This document shows, one piece after another, positions 8,290 to 18,008 of a DNA stretch of 64,000 nt. The notes below the pieces were generated by a model, which was not told the DNA's origin, did no database searches, and worked only from the letters and a program-made list of their open reading frames with translations. The stretch spans positions 62,001 to 126,000 of the IMG/VR virus record IMGVR_UViG_3300028840_006257; one strand, 5' to 3'. The translations under genes were made by a program, and so were the position numbers. Numbering within the stretch: the first letter of the stretch is position 1; every line of letters starts with the position of its first letter.

Positions 8290-9533
8290 CGGGTCAGCTC
8301 CAGCGCAAGTTCATCCACGAGCTTCGGCGCTACTGGCGGTACCACCCCAAGTACTCGGACATCGTCGAGCACATTCAGGGGAAGTACTCGCACCGGGAGC
8401 GGCCGCAGTACGGCATCGTCCTGAAGAACAGTTCGGGCAACCAGGTTCAGCTGGCGGCGGACAACTTCCAGGGGTACGTCCACTCCTACGTCTACCTGGC
8501 GCACGTGGAGGGGAGACCGAACCTGTCCGTGGAGTGGGTGCGCGAGGACATGATCGCCATCCAGGACAACGGCGGCATGTTCCCGTCGCCTCCCGGCATC
8601 TACTACCTCGACTTCTGCGACGCGAACGGGAACCCCACGGACGAGACGTTCTACGTCGACCCGCTCCTCGACGTGATCGACGAGACCGTCCTCAAGATCA
8701 ACGACACCCAGTACCAGCTCGAGGAGGGCAAGTTCCTCGCCGGAACGCTCAGACTCTACCGGATGCCGGGCAACATCAGGCTCTACGACGGCACGAACTA
8801 CACGGCCGTCCCGGAGACGGGTGTCGTCACGCTGATCGACACCCTGACCGACGACGAGTTCCTCTCGGCCGACTACCGCTGTCCCGCCGAGAGCACGGGA
8901 CCATGGGTCGTGCGGGAGGAGTACGCCCTGCGCGAGCCCATCCCGGGCTGCGTCCTGGCCTTCGGACGCCGCGTCACTCCCGGCGACCGGCTCGCCGTGG
9001 TCGTCCAGCAGAGGCGCACCATCGCCGCCCTCGAGTACGGGGGGCGCTGGGACCTCTCGCTCGACGTGGACGTCATCGCCCGGGACCCGGACTCGCAACG
9101 TGAAATTCTCGATCAGACCTCCCTGTACCTCTGGTCTACGGCGCGGCCGAGGCTCTCGAGCCAGGGCATCGAGATCTCGGCCGTGACCATGGGAGGCGAG
9201 ACCGAGGAGACCTACGATGACGTGGCGGACGACTGGTTCTACAATGCCAGCTTCAGCATCCAGGTCCAGACCGACTGGATGATCCACGTTCCGCTCGGCA
9301 TCTGCATCCGGGCCATCGAGCCCGGCAGCGGGGAGGCCATCGTGCCCGGAACTGCTCCCCTCGTGGCCCCGTTCGTCGAGCAGATCGCGGGCCTAACGGA
9401 CGAGCAGATCGCCCAGATCCAGGCCAACTTCCGCAAGATGGCCGACCTCGGATTGCGGGCTCCATGGGATCCGTGGTTCGTGGGCAAGGAGGGCCACCCG
9501 GGCGTCTACGGCACGGGTCCGATGCTCCGTTAA
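8274..9533 (+). CDS. Tail terminator/tail-completion-like protein with an inserted beta domain
   Basis: 419 aa. C-terminal RWDLSLDVDVIARD...ILDQTSLYLW...FYNASFSIQVQTDW pattern fits a gpU/gp15-like alpha/beta fold; lies just upstream of the sheath gene. Confidence 0.5.
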   Translation: MYYFLTGQLQRKFIHELRRYWRYHPKYSDIVEHIQGKYSHRERPQYGIVLKNSSGNQVQLAADNFQGYVHSYVYLAHVEGRPNLSVEWVREDMIAIQDNGGMFPSPPGIYYLDFCDANGNPTDETFYVDPLLDVIDETVLKINDTQYQLEEGKFLAGTLRLYRMPGNIRLYDGTNYTAVPETGVVTLIDTLTDDEFLSADYRCPAESTGPWVVREEYALREPIPGCVLAFGRRVTPGDRLAVVVQQRRTIAALEYGGRWDLSLDVDVIARDPDSQREILDQTSLYLWSTARPRLSSQGIEISAVTMGGETEETYDDVADDWFYNASFSIQVQTDWMIHVPLGICIRAIEPGSGEAIVPGTAPLVAPFVEQIAGLTDEQIAQIQANFRKMADLGLRAPWDPWFVGKEGHPGVYGTGPMLR

Positions 9534-9538
9534 TGGGC

Positions 9539-9558
9539 CTATGTAGGTCCCGATATAG
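9539..9558 (+). promoter_or_regulatory. Dyad motif CTAT-N12-ATAG, copy 3
   Basis: CCTAT GTAGGTCCCGAT ATAG in the gap between stop 9533 and TTG 9574. Confidence 0.55.
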
Positions 9559-9573
9559 ACGGAGCACGCGCGC

Positions 9574-10080
9574 TTGCCGATTTTCCAGTATCAGTGCCCG
9601 AGCTGCGCCCTGCGGTTCGGATCCATGCAGCCTCGGGAGGGGGTGCGCGACTCCCTTCCCTGCAGGCGCTGCGGCAGACCTGCGACTCGGCAGCTCAGCG
9701 CGTCGAAGTTCAAGTTCGGCCACCGACCCGACGGGCCTCGCCCCCAGAACACGGGCGCGAGCTCGGTCGACCACGACGTGGACGTGATCATCGGCCGGAG
9801 CGCGAAGCAGAACCTCCGCGAGTTCCAGAAACGCCAGGACCACAAGCGTCGCGTGATCGCCGCCAACGGCACCGCGGGCGACAACCTCAGTCGGCTCGAC
9901 GACGGCGACTACTTCGTCATGACCGAGCAGCAGAGGATCGCGGCGAAGAAGGCGCGCCTCTACAACCAGGAGGCGATGAGACGGATCGTCGAGTACCGAA
10001 AGGAGCGACGCGCGTACGGCGGCCAGCCCGAACGCGTCCTCACCAGCGTCCACGAGATTCCCGACGAGGCTGCTTCCTGA
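9574..10080 (+). CDS. FmdB-like zinc-ribbon protein
   Basis: N-terminus MPIFQYQCPSC...LPCRRCG is the FmdB-type MP(I/L)YEYxCxxC...CPxCG signature. Confidence 0.75.
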   Translation: MPIFQYQCPSCALRFGSMQPREGVRDSLPCRRCGRPATRQLSASKFKFGHRPDGPRPQNTGASSVDHDVDVIIGRSAKQNLREFQKRQDHKRRVIAANGTAGDNLSRLDDGDYFVMTEQQRIAAKKARLYNQEAMRRIVEYRKERRAYGGQPERVLTSVHEIPDEAAS

Positions 10081-10516
10081 GGAAGCGGTCGCGAACCCCG
10101 GCCTCCCTCGGGAGGACCCAGACGAACAGACAGACGGATCAGATGGAGACGAATCCCGCCTAGCGGACGAGACAGACTCCCCTCCCTCGGGAGGCGGTCA
10201 GACGGAAACCGACGGAACGAATGCGGACCTGAACGCGATGTGAATGTCAGCCCGCGCTGAGCGGGCAAACCGCGACTGCAACCAGGGCCTCGAGCTCCAC
10301 AGGAGTTGTGCGCCCTGAAGGCTCGGAGAGGCTACCTCTCGTTGACTCTTTCCATTCAGACATCCCCTGCGACCTGGCAGGGCGCCGCTGATCGCGGCAT
10401 CGGACTCGTGATGGCTCGAGCCCGACGTTCGGTGACGAGCGGGCGAGCCGTCCGTACAGGTTCCACGTTCACCAGAGACAACCGGGTTCCGCAGGAGCCC
10501 GCAAGGGGTTGAAACC
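10081..10516 (+). ncRNA. Candidate structured non-coding RNA or long leader upstream of the sheath gene
   Basis: 436-nt gap in an otherwise tightly packed operon. Hairpins: CCTCCC-TC-GGGAGG twice (10102, 10181), GCCCGC/GCGGGC, GAGAGG/CCTCTC, CCCTGC/GCAGGG, GCCGC/GCGGC, and a multi-segment stem at 10413-10449. Confidence 0.45.
10119..10245 (+). repeat. Dispersed non-coding element, copy A
   Basis: Shares CAGACG...ACGAA...TAGC...CTCCCTCGGGAG[G/A]CGGTCAGA...GAATG...GAAC...ATGTGAAT with 22234..22352. Confidence 0.8.
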
Positions 10517-13500
10517 ATGGCAAATTTCCCTGGGACCATCTACGCGCCTCCTGGCGTCTACACCCGCACCAGGTTCCAGAGCCCCGTCTCTGGCGTCCTG
10601 GCGGGCGTTCGCATCCCCGTCTTCATCGGCACCGGCAACGAGCTGCTTCAGCAGCAGGACCTCGAGGTCATTCGTGGCTCTAGCAGCTCGGTCGATCAGC
10701 AGGTCCCGCAGGAGGACGAGACCGGTCGTGCCGTCGTGAGCATCTCCGATACGGGTCAGGTGACCCTCGGGGACTTCAACGGCGCGCGACAGCGCATCCA
10801 GGTCCGCAACTTCCCGATCACGAACGGAGACGGAAGCGGGACCACCGCCACGGACCCGAGTTCCATCCTCGTGACCATCAACGGCAGGCCCGACGTGGTC
10901 CTGAGCGTGGCTCGCGCCGACATCGGCGTCATCGAGATCAGCACGGCGCCCGACCTGAACGACGACGTGCGGGTGACGTACTTCTTCAAGCGGCACGACA
11001 CGCAGATGACGGACAACGTGTCGGACCAGGTGACTCCCGAGTCGGCCATCCTCGAGGGCGCCATCGGCAACCTCTTCGAGTTCACCTCGGACGACAACGT
11101 GTTCACCGTCACGGTGGACGACGACCAGAACCAGGTCGTGACGGCCACCTTCCCGACGGGGAGCGTCTCGGCCTCGACGGTCGTCTCGCTGATCAACGGC
11201 GCCGCGGCGGGAACGTCGCTCATCGCGTCGGAGTACACGAACAACTTCGGCCTCACGGCCGTTCGCCTCGTGGCGGACCGCAACCTCCTCATCGGGAGCG
11301 GTTCGGCCAACGTCGTCCTCGGCTTCACGCAGGGCCAGGCGACGAGCCGCAACAAGAACTTCGTGACGTTCAACGGTCCCATCGTGGACGGGACGAACGG
11401 GGGCATCACGACGACAGACACGTCCAAGGTCACGGTCCGCGTGAACGGGACCCAGGTCATCCCGACCGAGCTCGACGGACGCAACCGCACCGTGACGCTG
11501 CCCTTCGCGCCGGCCGCCGGCGATCTCGTCACGATTCAGTACTACTTCAACACGTGGCAGGACACCTTCGACTACCTGGCCAACATCAACGTGACGGAGG
11601 TCCTCCGCTGCGGGATCGTGCCGGGCAACAACGACTTCATCGAGCAGGCGGACTTCGTCCTGAAGGACGACCTGATCGTGTGGGGGAGCGCTTTCCTGGT
11701 GAGCGCCGGCGTGACGAGCGTCGGGGCCCCGGCCTTCGGGCCGACGCAGATCAGCGGCCTTCTGGTCGACAACCGCTGGTTCCTGTCCGAGACGACCGTC
11801 GTCGTGGACGACACGGTCTCCCCGCCAGTCGAGAACCGTCGGCAGTTCCAGCTCCCGGCCCAACCCACGACGGGCAACGGCCGCGACACACCGCTCGGCC
11901 AGAACGTCTTCCTGTCCATCTCCAACCGGCGGGTGGACCTGCCGACCAACAACCCGAACCTCGTCAAGGCCTACTGGGGTTGGAGCGTGCAGGACGCCCT
12001 CCAGCGCGGTCCCGTGACTGTGACCGAGGTCAAGGGGTCGATCATCACCCTCGAGGAGTCCGTTCCCGTCGGAGCGGGCGTCTGGGCGACCTTCTGGTAC
12101 AACATCCTCGTCGACGAGGAGTACACGGTCCAGGTCGAGACCTCGGGACCGTCCGGCATCGGCACCTACTTCCTCTTCGACGGCGACGGAAACCCCGTCT
12201 ACACGCCGACCTTCGGGAGCAAGGGCCCCGCCATGACCGGGGTGACGATTTCGTTCCCCTCGGGCTCCGAGCTCACCCCCGACGTGCACTTCGAGGGCGG
12301 CACGAGTGGTCCCGTCGAGGAGACGGTGACGGTCCAGTTCGCGGACAAGGACGCCACCATCGCGAAGTTCACGGTCGGCGGCAGCGGTCCCTACGCGTTC
12401 GTCTCGGGCGAGTCCGACAGGGCCCGGTTCATGATCGACAGCAGCGCCCTCGCGGGCGGCACGGCCGGGATCGACCTGTCCGCGCCGCACGGCATCCAGG
12501 GACTCGGTTTCAGCGCGAGCCTCCTCGGAGAGGAGATCCAGTACGACGAGGATACCGGCACCACGACCTACGACGTCCTCGCGGGCATCAACGACGACGT
12601 GTCGATGTCCGTGGACGGCGTGGTCATCTCGGTGACGGTCCCGGCCCAGACCGGCGTGAACGCGGACGCCTACGTCGAGGCCATCAACGCCGAGGCGAAG
12701 CTGTCCGCGAACTCTCCGTACCTCGACGGCACCACCCGGTTCCTCGGGACCACGGTCGTGACCGCGGGCGAGTACGACAAGCTCGTGTTCAACTACACGG
12801 GCGTCACCAACCCCGCGACGGGCCCGGTGACCGCCGTCATCGCCCCGGGAACGTACGCCTCCCCGGCCTTCATGGCCGCGGCGGTGGACACGGCCCTGAA
12901 CACGGCCATCGCGGCCCTGCCGGCGGGGTATGCGGGCCTCGACATCGCCGTGACTGCGAACGCCGACGGACAGATGCGGTTCACCTACAAGGCGGCCGAC
13001 ACCGACCTGGGCACCTCCGCGAGCGGGACCGTCACCGAGGTGGGAGCCATCGTGGGAGACACGATCACCATCGACACGGTGACCTTGACCGGGGCTCTGA
13101 CGCAGGTTTCGGGCGGTCTCGACTTCGACACCGGGCAGGCTCGGGCGACTCTCGTGCCGACCGGCGTGGAACCCGGCGACAACTTCACGATCAACGCGGG
13201 GGGTGGCCCGATCACCATCACCGCGTTGGGCGCCCAGACCCCGGGTGGCCTGAACTTCGATGAGGGGGACCAGGCGACGGGCACTATCACCGTCTCGGGA
13301 CCAATTCCGAACGACACCGTCACGATCAACGGGATCACGCTGACGGCGCTCGGAGCTCAGACCCCGGGTGGCCTGAACTTCGACGAGGGCACGCGAGCCA
13401 CCGGCACCGCCACGCTCACCGGGGTCCAGTACGGCGACACGATCTCCATCGACACCACCGCGGTCGGGGGAGGTCCCGTCACTCTGACGGCTAGCAACAC

Positions 13501-16500
13501 GCTGACCCCGGGCGGCCTTGACTTCAACGTCGGCACGGCGGCGACGGGAAGCATTCAGCTCGTGGGCGTGCGGCCCGCGACCATCGCGCCGTTCCCGGTG
13601 ACCGCGGCCGACACCGTCACCATCGGCGGGAACGTCCTGACGGCGAACGAGGGGCCGCGCACGCCGGGCGCCGACGACTTCGACGCCGGGACCAGGGCGC
13701 TCGGGAGCGTCACGGTCGTCGTGGACGCGCTCCCGGCGACGGGCGTCCTGTACGGCGACACGATCACCGTCGGGGGCATCGCCCTCGTCGCGGACAACGT
13801 CACGACTCCGGGTGGCCTGAACTTCGACGCGGGCACCCAGGCGTTCGAGGTGCTGACCGTGCTCCTGGCTCCGGGCGTCCCGACGCCTCCCGCGGTCATC
13901 ACTATCGACGTGGGCGGCGCGGCGGGCGGACCGTTCCCGCTCATCCCGGCGGGCGGTCCGCGCACCCCGGGCGCGAACGACTACGACGAGACGCTCGGGA
14001 CCACGATGGCGATAGCGGCCGACATCGCGGCGGCGATCAACGATCCGCTCAACGTGTTCTCCGCGTTCATGAGCGCGGCCGTCGGGCCCGGTCCTTCGGA
14101 CGTGACGTTCACGTGGAACGTGCCCGGCGTGGTCGCCAACGGCATCGTGAACCTGACGGCCGATCCGATGCTCTCTCCGCTCGTCGGCTTCGCCGGCGGC
14201 GTTGGCACGGAGGTCACGACCGCGACGGCCCTCGTCACGGCGCTCAGCGATCCGCTGAACGGGCTCACGGGCCTCATCCAGGCGCACAACACCGGCGGCG
14301 TTTCCAACGTCGTGAACCTGCAGGCCCTCACCCCGGGCCTCGCGGGCAACTCGATCAGCCTCGTCTCCACGGCGCCGGCGCGGCTCGTGCCGTCGGCGGC
14401 GACCATGGCGGGCGGCGTAGGCGACGACCTCACGGCCGCAACCGACGTGCAGGCGGCGGTGAACGACGTCGCCAACTCGTTCGCCACGGCGGTGACGGCC
14501 CTCACGACCGGAGACACGGCGGCCCTCACGGCGGTCACGCCCGGAGCCGTGGGCAACCTCATCACGCTGACCACGACGGCGGCCGGGAGGTTCGTGCTGT
14601 CCGCCGGGACGCTCACGGGAGGGGTCGGCGACGACATCTCGGCGGCGACGAGCCTGGTCGCGGCAATCTCCGACGCGGGCAACGGACTCGTCGGCGGCGT
14701 CGTCGCGGACAACGCCTCGGGCACGACCAACGTCGTCACCATCGACTCGTACACGCCGGGACTGGTCGGTAACGGCGTCCTCCTGGCGGAGTCCACGGCC
14801 GGAGCTCGGATCGCGCTCTCGGGCGCCACGCTGCTCGGCGGCGTCGGCGACAACACGACGGTCGCGGCCTCCATCGCGGCGGCCATCAACGACGTCGGAA
14901 ACGGCATCGTGACCTCCGTGACGGCCCTCGCGGCCCTGGCCGTCGTCACGATGACGGCGGTGACGCCGGGCAACGCCGGAAATTTGATCGGTACCACGTC
15001 GTCAGACGCGACGCGCCTGCTCATGTCGGGCCTGACCCTCGCCGGGGGCTCGGGAACCGACCTCAGCGTCGCCACGAGCATCGTCGCGGCGATCAACGAC
15101 CCGGGCAACGGGCTCGCCGTGGACGTGATGGCCGACAACGCCAGCGGAACCTCGACCACGGTCACCGTGTGGGACCTGACTCCGGGCGTGCTCGGCAACA
15201 CGAACACCATCGCCTCGTCCACGGGCACGCGGCTCCCGGTCTCGGGCGCCAACTTCACGGGCGGCGACACGGTGGTGGGCGTGGGTTCGAACATCGTCAC
15301 CGCGATCAACGACGCGGCCAACGGCCTGAACGGAATCGTGACGGCCGACAACAGCGGGGGCACCTCGGCGGTCGTGGATGTCACGGCGGCCGTGCCGGGC
15401 CCGCAGGGGAACTTCATCGTGCTCGCCTCGAGCGACGCGGGGCGCCTCCCGGTCTCCGGCGCGACCCTCACGGGAGGTGCCGGCCTCGGCGGCGGCGTGT
15501 TCGAGTTCCTCGACGCGGCGACGGTCGCGGAGGACTTCGCGATTCTCGCGGGCCTCTCCACGGACGCGCTGCCCAGCCAGGAGCAGACCAAGGTCGTCGA
15601 CGGAGATCTCGTGCGCCGGTTCACGGCGTCGGGCAGCTCCGGGCGCCTGATCTACGACCGGCTCGTCGTCCGCAACCGCGTCGTGCCCGGCAGCGGGTCG
15701 CTCGCGGCCGAGTCTCAGGTCGACCAGACCCAGCTCGTCATCGAGGGCACGAACGCCGAGGACGAGACGGGCCTCCAGCCGAGGGCATTCGGATCGGCGG
15801 GGATCGAGGCGACGATCCGGTCCGCCTCCTTGTACGGGGAGGTGGGCTTCAAGGACGGTCAGGTGGCGTCGGGGACGTACGGGGACTCGCGCGACGGACA
15901 GCCCGCGGTGATGTTCTACGCCCAGGGTGGCATCAATCCCCAGAACAACGTGTTCAAGTTCAACATCGACGGGACGCCCGTGACGGTGGTGTTCACGGAC
16001 GGCGTCGGGGCCGCGATTCCCGCGGCCGGGAGCGCCAGCGTGCCTCTCGGTCCGGTCACGACGGCGAACACGGTCCTCGCCCAGATCCTCGCCGGGGCGG
16101 TCGGCGCCGGACTGCCAGCCTCGGTCGTGCTCCAGGAGGGCGCGGGCACCCGACTGCTGAGCGCCACCGCCACCACGGACTCCGCCGTCACGATAGGTGC
16201 CGGGAACGCGAACGACGTCCTCGGCTTCTCCGACGACGCCACGGCGGCCCGGACCCTGGTCGAGCCCGAGGTCACGGCCTCCGCGCTCATGATGCACCAC
16301 AGCGCGTCCCTCAACGACGCGCTCCTGGACTACCAGAACCCCGACGCGACGTACTTCGCAGAGCAGGCCCTCGCGGGCGTCGAGACCGACTCGAGCAACG
16401 CGCAGTTCCTCTTCATCGAGTCGCAGGCCAACAACATCGTGGGCCTCGGGGCCTCGTCCAACATTACGTTCCTCACCGCCACGAGTGACTCGTGGCTGCG

Positions 16501-17965
16501 CACGGGGACGGGAGTCGGCGTGGCGACGGGCGAGGGGGCCGCGGGCGAGAGCGGATTCCAGGGCTACTACGTCACGAGCTCGGACCCGGTCGACGGCTCG
16601 GGTTCCGCCAACACGTCGTCCCTCAACAACGGCACGGGCCAGGACGGCATCATCGGCACGACGTACCGCGACGCGGTGACGGGCCTCACCTTCACCGTCC
16701 TCGAGCGCGAGGGGGGCTCCGCCTACCCGACGGGCGCGGGGGCCTGGTTCACCTTCGAGGTGCGCAAGCTCGTCACCACGGACGCGAACATCCCGGTCAA
16801 CTCCATCCCGGGCCTCGAGATGACGGTCGCGAATACCGAGGGATCCACGATCCCGCAGGGAGACACGGCCATCGTCGAGACGTTCGACCGGGGCGGCCAG
16901 GAACCCGCGGTGGGGGACTCCTACTTCGTGACCTACAACTTCTCGAAGACGGAGGCCGACTTCGAGACGATGCTGTTCACGAATCAGCGGGCCGTGGAGG
17001 CGAACTACGGGGAGGTCAACCCGGACAACCCGGTGTCCCTCGCCGCCTACCTCGGCTTCCTGAACGGCGGGGTCGTCCTCGCCATCAAGCAGGTGCCGAA
17101 GATCCCGGGTTCGAACCAGGCGAGCACCCAGAGCTACCTCGACGCGCTCGACGACCTCAGGGGACCGCTGCCGGGAGGCGCCACGCTGGACACGATCACG
17201 CCGCTCAAGGGCGACGACGAGGACCTGTTCCTCTCCCTGTCGAACCACTGCGACATCCAGTCGAGCATCCGGTACCGCTCCGAGCGGACCGGGCTGATCG
17301 GGGTCTCGTCGGGGACGCAGCCGACGGACGTCGGCGGCATCGCGCAGCAGATCGCGAACACGCGCATCAGGCTCGTGTACCCGGACATCGTGACCCTCAC
17401 GATCCAGGACGCCCTCGGGAACGACAAGCAGTTCCTCGTGGACGGGACCTTCCTCGCGGCGGCGCTCTCGGGCAACCGAGCCGCCCCGAGGATCGACGTG
17501 GCGACCCCGTGGACGAGGGCCCGCATCGTCGGCTTCGACGAGCTCGCCCGTACCCTCGACGCGGTCGAGCAGAACCAGGTGGCCGTACAGGGCGTCACCG
17601 TCCTGGACCAGCGCGGCACGATCATCCGAGTCCGTCAGGGCCTCACGACGGACATGAGCAACATCCTCACCAAGCTCCCGACGGTCATCACCATCGCGGA
17701 CGAGGTGCAGCGCTCCGCTCGCAGGGATCTCGACAGGTTCATCGGGGTCAAGTTCCTGCCGGGCATCCTCTCGGAGATCGAGGGCCAGCTCGCGACCACC
17801 ATGAAGGCGCTCAAGAACGCCGAGATCATCGCGGCGTTCACGGGCATCCAGGCGCGGACCACCAACGACCCGACGCTGGTGGAGATCGAAGCATTTTATC
17901 AGCCGATTTTCCCGCTTTTATACATCGTTATAACCTTCAACCTTCGCAGCAACCTTGGAGGTTGA
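10517..17965 (+). CDS. Contractile tail sheath protein, greatly enlarged (2482 aa)
   Basis: N-terminal APPGVYTRT; C-terminal sheath core (VLAIKQVP...RTGLIG...RIRLVYP...VRQGLTTD...IADEVQRSARRDLDRFIG...EIEAFYQPIFPLLYIVITFNL). Tube gene lies downstream. Confidence 0.92.
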   Translation: MANFPGTIYAPPGVYTRTRFQSPVSGVLAGVRIPVFIGTGNELLQQQDLEVIRGSSSSVDQQVPQEDETGRAVVSISDTGQVTLGDFNGARQRIQVRNFPITNGDGSGTTATDPSSILVTINGRPDVVLSVARADIGVIEISTAPDLNDDVRVTYFFKRHDTQMTDNVSDQVTPESAILEGAIGNLFEFTSDDNVFTVTVDDDQNQVVTATFPTGSVSASTVVSLINGAAAGTSLIASEYTNNFGLTAVRLVADRNLLIGSGSANVVLGFTQGQATSRNKNFVTFNGPIVDGTNGGITTTDTSKVTVRVNGTQVIPTELDGRNRTVTLPFAPAAGDLVTIQYYFNTWQDTFDYLANINVTEVLRCGIVPGNNDFIEQADFVLKDDLIVWGSAFLVSAGVTSVGAPAFGPTQISGLLVDNRWFLSETTVVVDDTVSPPVENRRQFQLPAQPTTGNGRDTPLGQNVFLSISNRRVDLPTNNPNLVKAYWGWSVQDALQRGPVTVTEVKGSIITLEESVPVGAGVWATFWYNILVDEEYTVQVETSGPSGIGTYFLFDGDGNPVYTPTFGSKGPAMTGVTISFPSGSELTPDVHFEGGTSGPVEETVTVQFADKDATIAKFTVGGSGPYAFVSGESDRARFMIDSSALAGGTAGIDLSAPHGIQGLGFSASLLGEEIQYDEDTGTTTYDVLAGINDDVSMSVDGVVISVTVPAQTGVNADAYVEAINAEAKLSANSPYLDGTTRFLGTTVVTAGEYDKLVFNYTGVTNPATGPVTAVIAPGTYASPAFMAAAVDTALNTAIAALPAGYAGLDIAVTANADGQMRFTYKAADTDLGTSASGTVTEVGAIVGDTITIDTVTLTGALTQVSGGLDFDTGQARATLVPTGVEPGDNFTINAGGGPITITALGAQTPGGLNFDEGDQATGTITVSGPIPNDTVTINGITLTALGAQTPGGLNFDEGTRATGTATLTGVQYGDTISIDTTAVGGGPVTLTASNTLTPGGLDFNVGTAATGSIQLVGVRPATIAPFPVTAADTVTIGGNVLTANEGPRTPGADDFDAGTRALGSVTVVVDALPATGVLYGDTITVGGIALVADNVTTPGGLNFDAGTQAFEVLTVLLAPGVPTPPAVITIDVGGAAGGPFPLIPAGGPRTPGANDYDETLGTTMAIAADIAAAINDPLNVFSAFMSAAVGPGPSDVTFTWNVPGVVANGIVNLTADPMLSPLVGFAGGVGTEVTTATALVTALSDPLNGLTGLIQAHNTGGVSNVVNLQALTPGLAGNSISLVSTAPARLVPSAATMAGGVGDDLTAATDVQAAVNDVANSFATAVTALTTGDTAALTAVTPGAVGNLITLTTTAAGRFVLSAGTLTGGVGDDISAATSLVAAISDAGNGLVGGVVADNASGTTNVVTIDSYTPGLVGNGVLLAESTAGARIALSGATLLGGVGDNTTVAASIAAAINDVGNGIVTSVTALAALAVVTMTAVTPGNAGNLIGTTSSDATRLLMSGLTLAGGSGTDLSVATSIVAAINDPGNGLAVDVMADNASGTSTTVTVWDLTPGVLGNTNTIASSTGTRLPVSGANFTGGDTVVGVGSNIVTAINDAANGLNGIVTADNSGGTSAVVDVTAAVPGPQGNFIVLASSDAGRLPVSGATLTGGAGLGGGVFEFLDAATVAEDFAILAGLSTDALPSQEQTKVVDGDLVRRFTASGSSGRLIYDRLVVRNRVVPGSGSLAAESQVDQTQLVIEGTNAEDETGLQPRAFGSAGIEATIRSASLYGEVGFKDGQVASGTYGDSRDGQPAVMFYAQGGINPQNNVFKFNIDGTPVTVVFTDGVGAAIPAAGSASVPLGPVTTANTVLAQILAGAVGAGLPASVVLQEGAGTRLLSATATTDSAVTIGAGNANDVLGFSDDATAARTLVEPEVTASALMMHHSASLNDALLDYQNPDATYFAEQALAGVETDSSNAQFLFIESQANNIVGLGASSNITFLTATSDSWLRTGTGVGVATGEGAAGESGFQGYYVTSSDPVDGSGSANTSSLNNGTGQDGIIGTTYRDAVTGLTFTVLEREGGSAYPTGAGAWFTFEVRKLVTTDANIPVNSIPGLEMTVANTEGSTIPQGDTAIVETFDRGGQEPAVGDSYFVTYNFSKTEADFETMLFTNQRAVEANYGEVNPDNPVSLAAYLGFLNGGVVLAIKQVPKIPGSNQASTQSYLDALDDLRGPLPGGATLDTITPLKGDDEDLFLSLSNHCDIQSSIRYRSERTGLIGVSSGTQPTDVGGIAQQIANTRIRLVYPDIVTLTIQDALGNDKQFLVDGTFLAAALSGNRAAPRIDVATPWTRARIVGFDELARTLDAVEQNQVAVQGVTVLDQRGTIIRVRQGLTTDMSNILTKLPTVITIADEVQRSARRDLDRFIGVKFLPGILSEIEGQLATTMKALKNAEIIAAFTGIQARTTNDPTLVEIEAFYQPIFPLLYIVITFNLRSNLGG
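13016..15483 (+). repeat. Seven N-half repeats (ending TPGGLNFDxG-like) followed by seven C-half repeats (AAIND...TPG..GN...TLxGG) within the sheath
   Basis: N-half loop motifs near 13105, 13238, 13361, 13505, 13661, 13805 and 13964. C-halves contain AINDPLN, ALSDPLN, AVNDVAN, AISDAGN, AINDVGN, AINDPGN and AINDAAN. Confidence 0.9.
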
Positions 17966-17974
17966 TCTAAGCGG

Positions 17975-18002
17975 TTGCGGCAGTCCTACCGGGTGGTAGG
18001 AT
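17975..18002 (+). promoter_or_regulatory. Possible sigma70-type promoter (TTGCGG-N16-TAGGAT, extended -10 TG) overlapping hairpin TCCTACC-GGGT-GGTAGGA
   Basis: -10 ends at 18002 and the GTG start is at 18009 with no RBS, which fits a leaderless transcript. 7-bp perfect inverted repeat at 17984-18001. Confidence 0.35.
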
Positions 18003-18008
18003 TGGCAC

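Noticed and set aside
10255-10300. GGGCAAACC, matching part of the c-di-GMP-I riboswitch
   Set aside because: The GNRA-capped P2 stem and the GGGACGCAAAGC segment do not follow. A GACGCAAAC word occurs only in the distant copy B region.
10469-14287. Very long minus-strand ORFs (1272 aa here; also 55187..58864, 15002..17248, 47435..49606 and others)
   Set aside because: They are antisense shadows of high-GC3 + strand genes: Arg/Gly-rich, motif-free, and fully overlapping well-supported genes.
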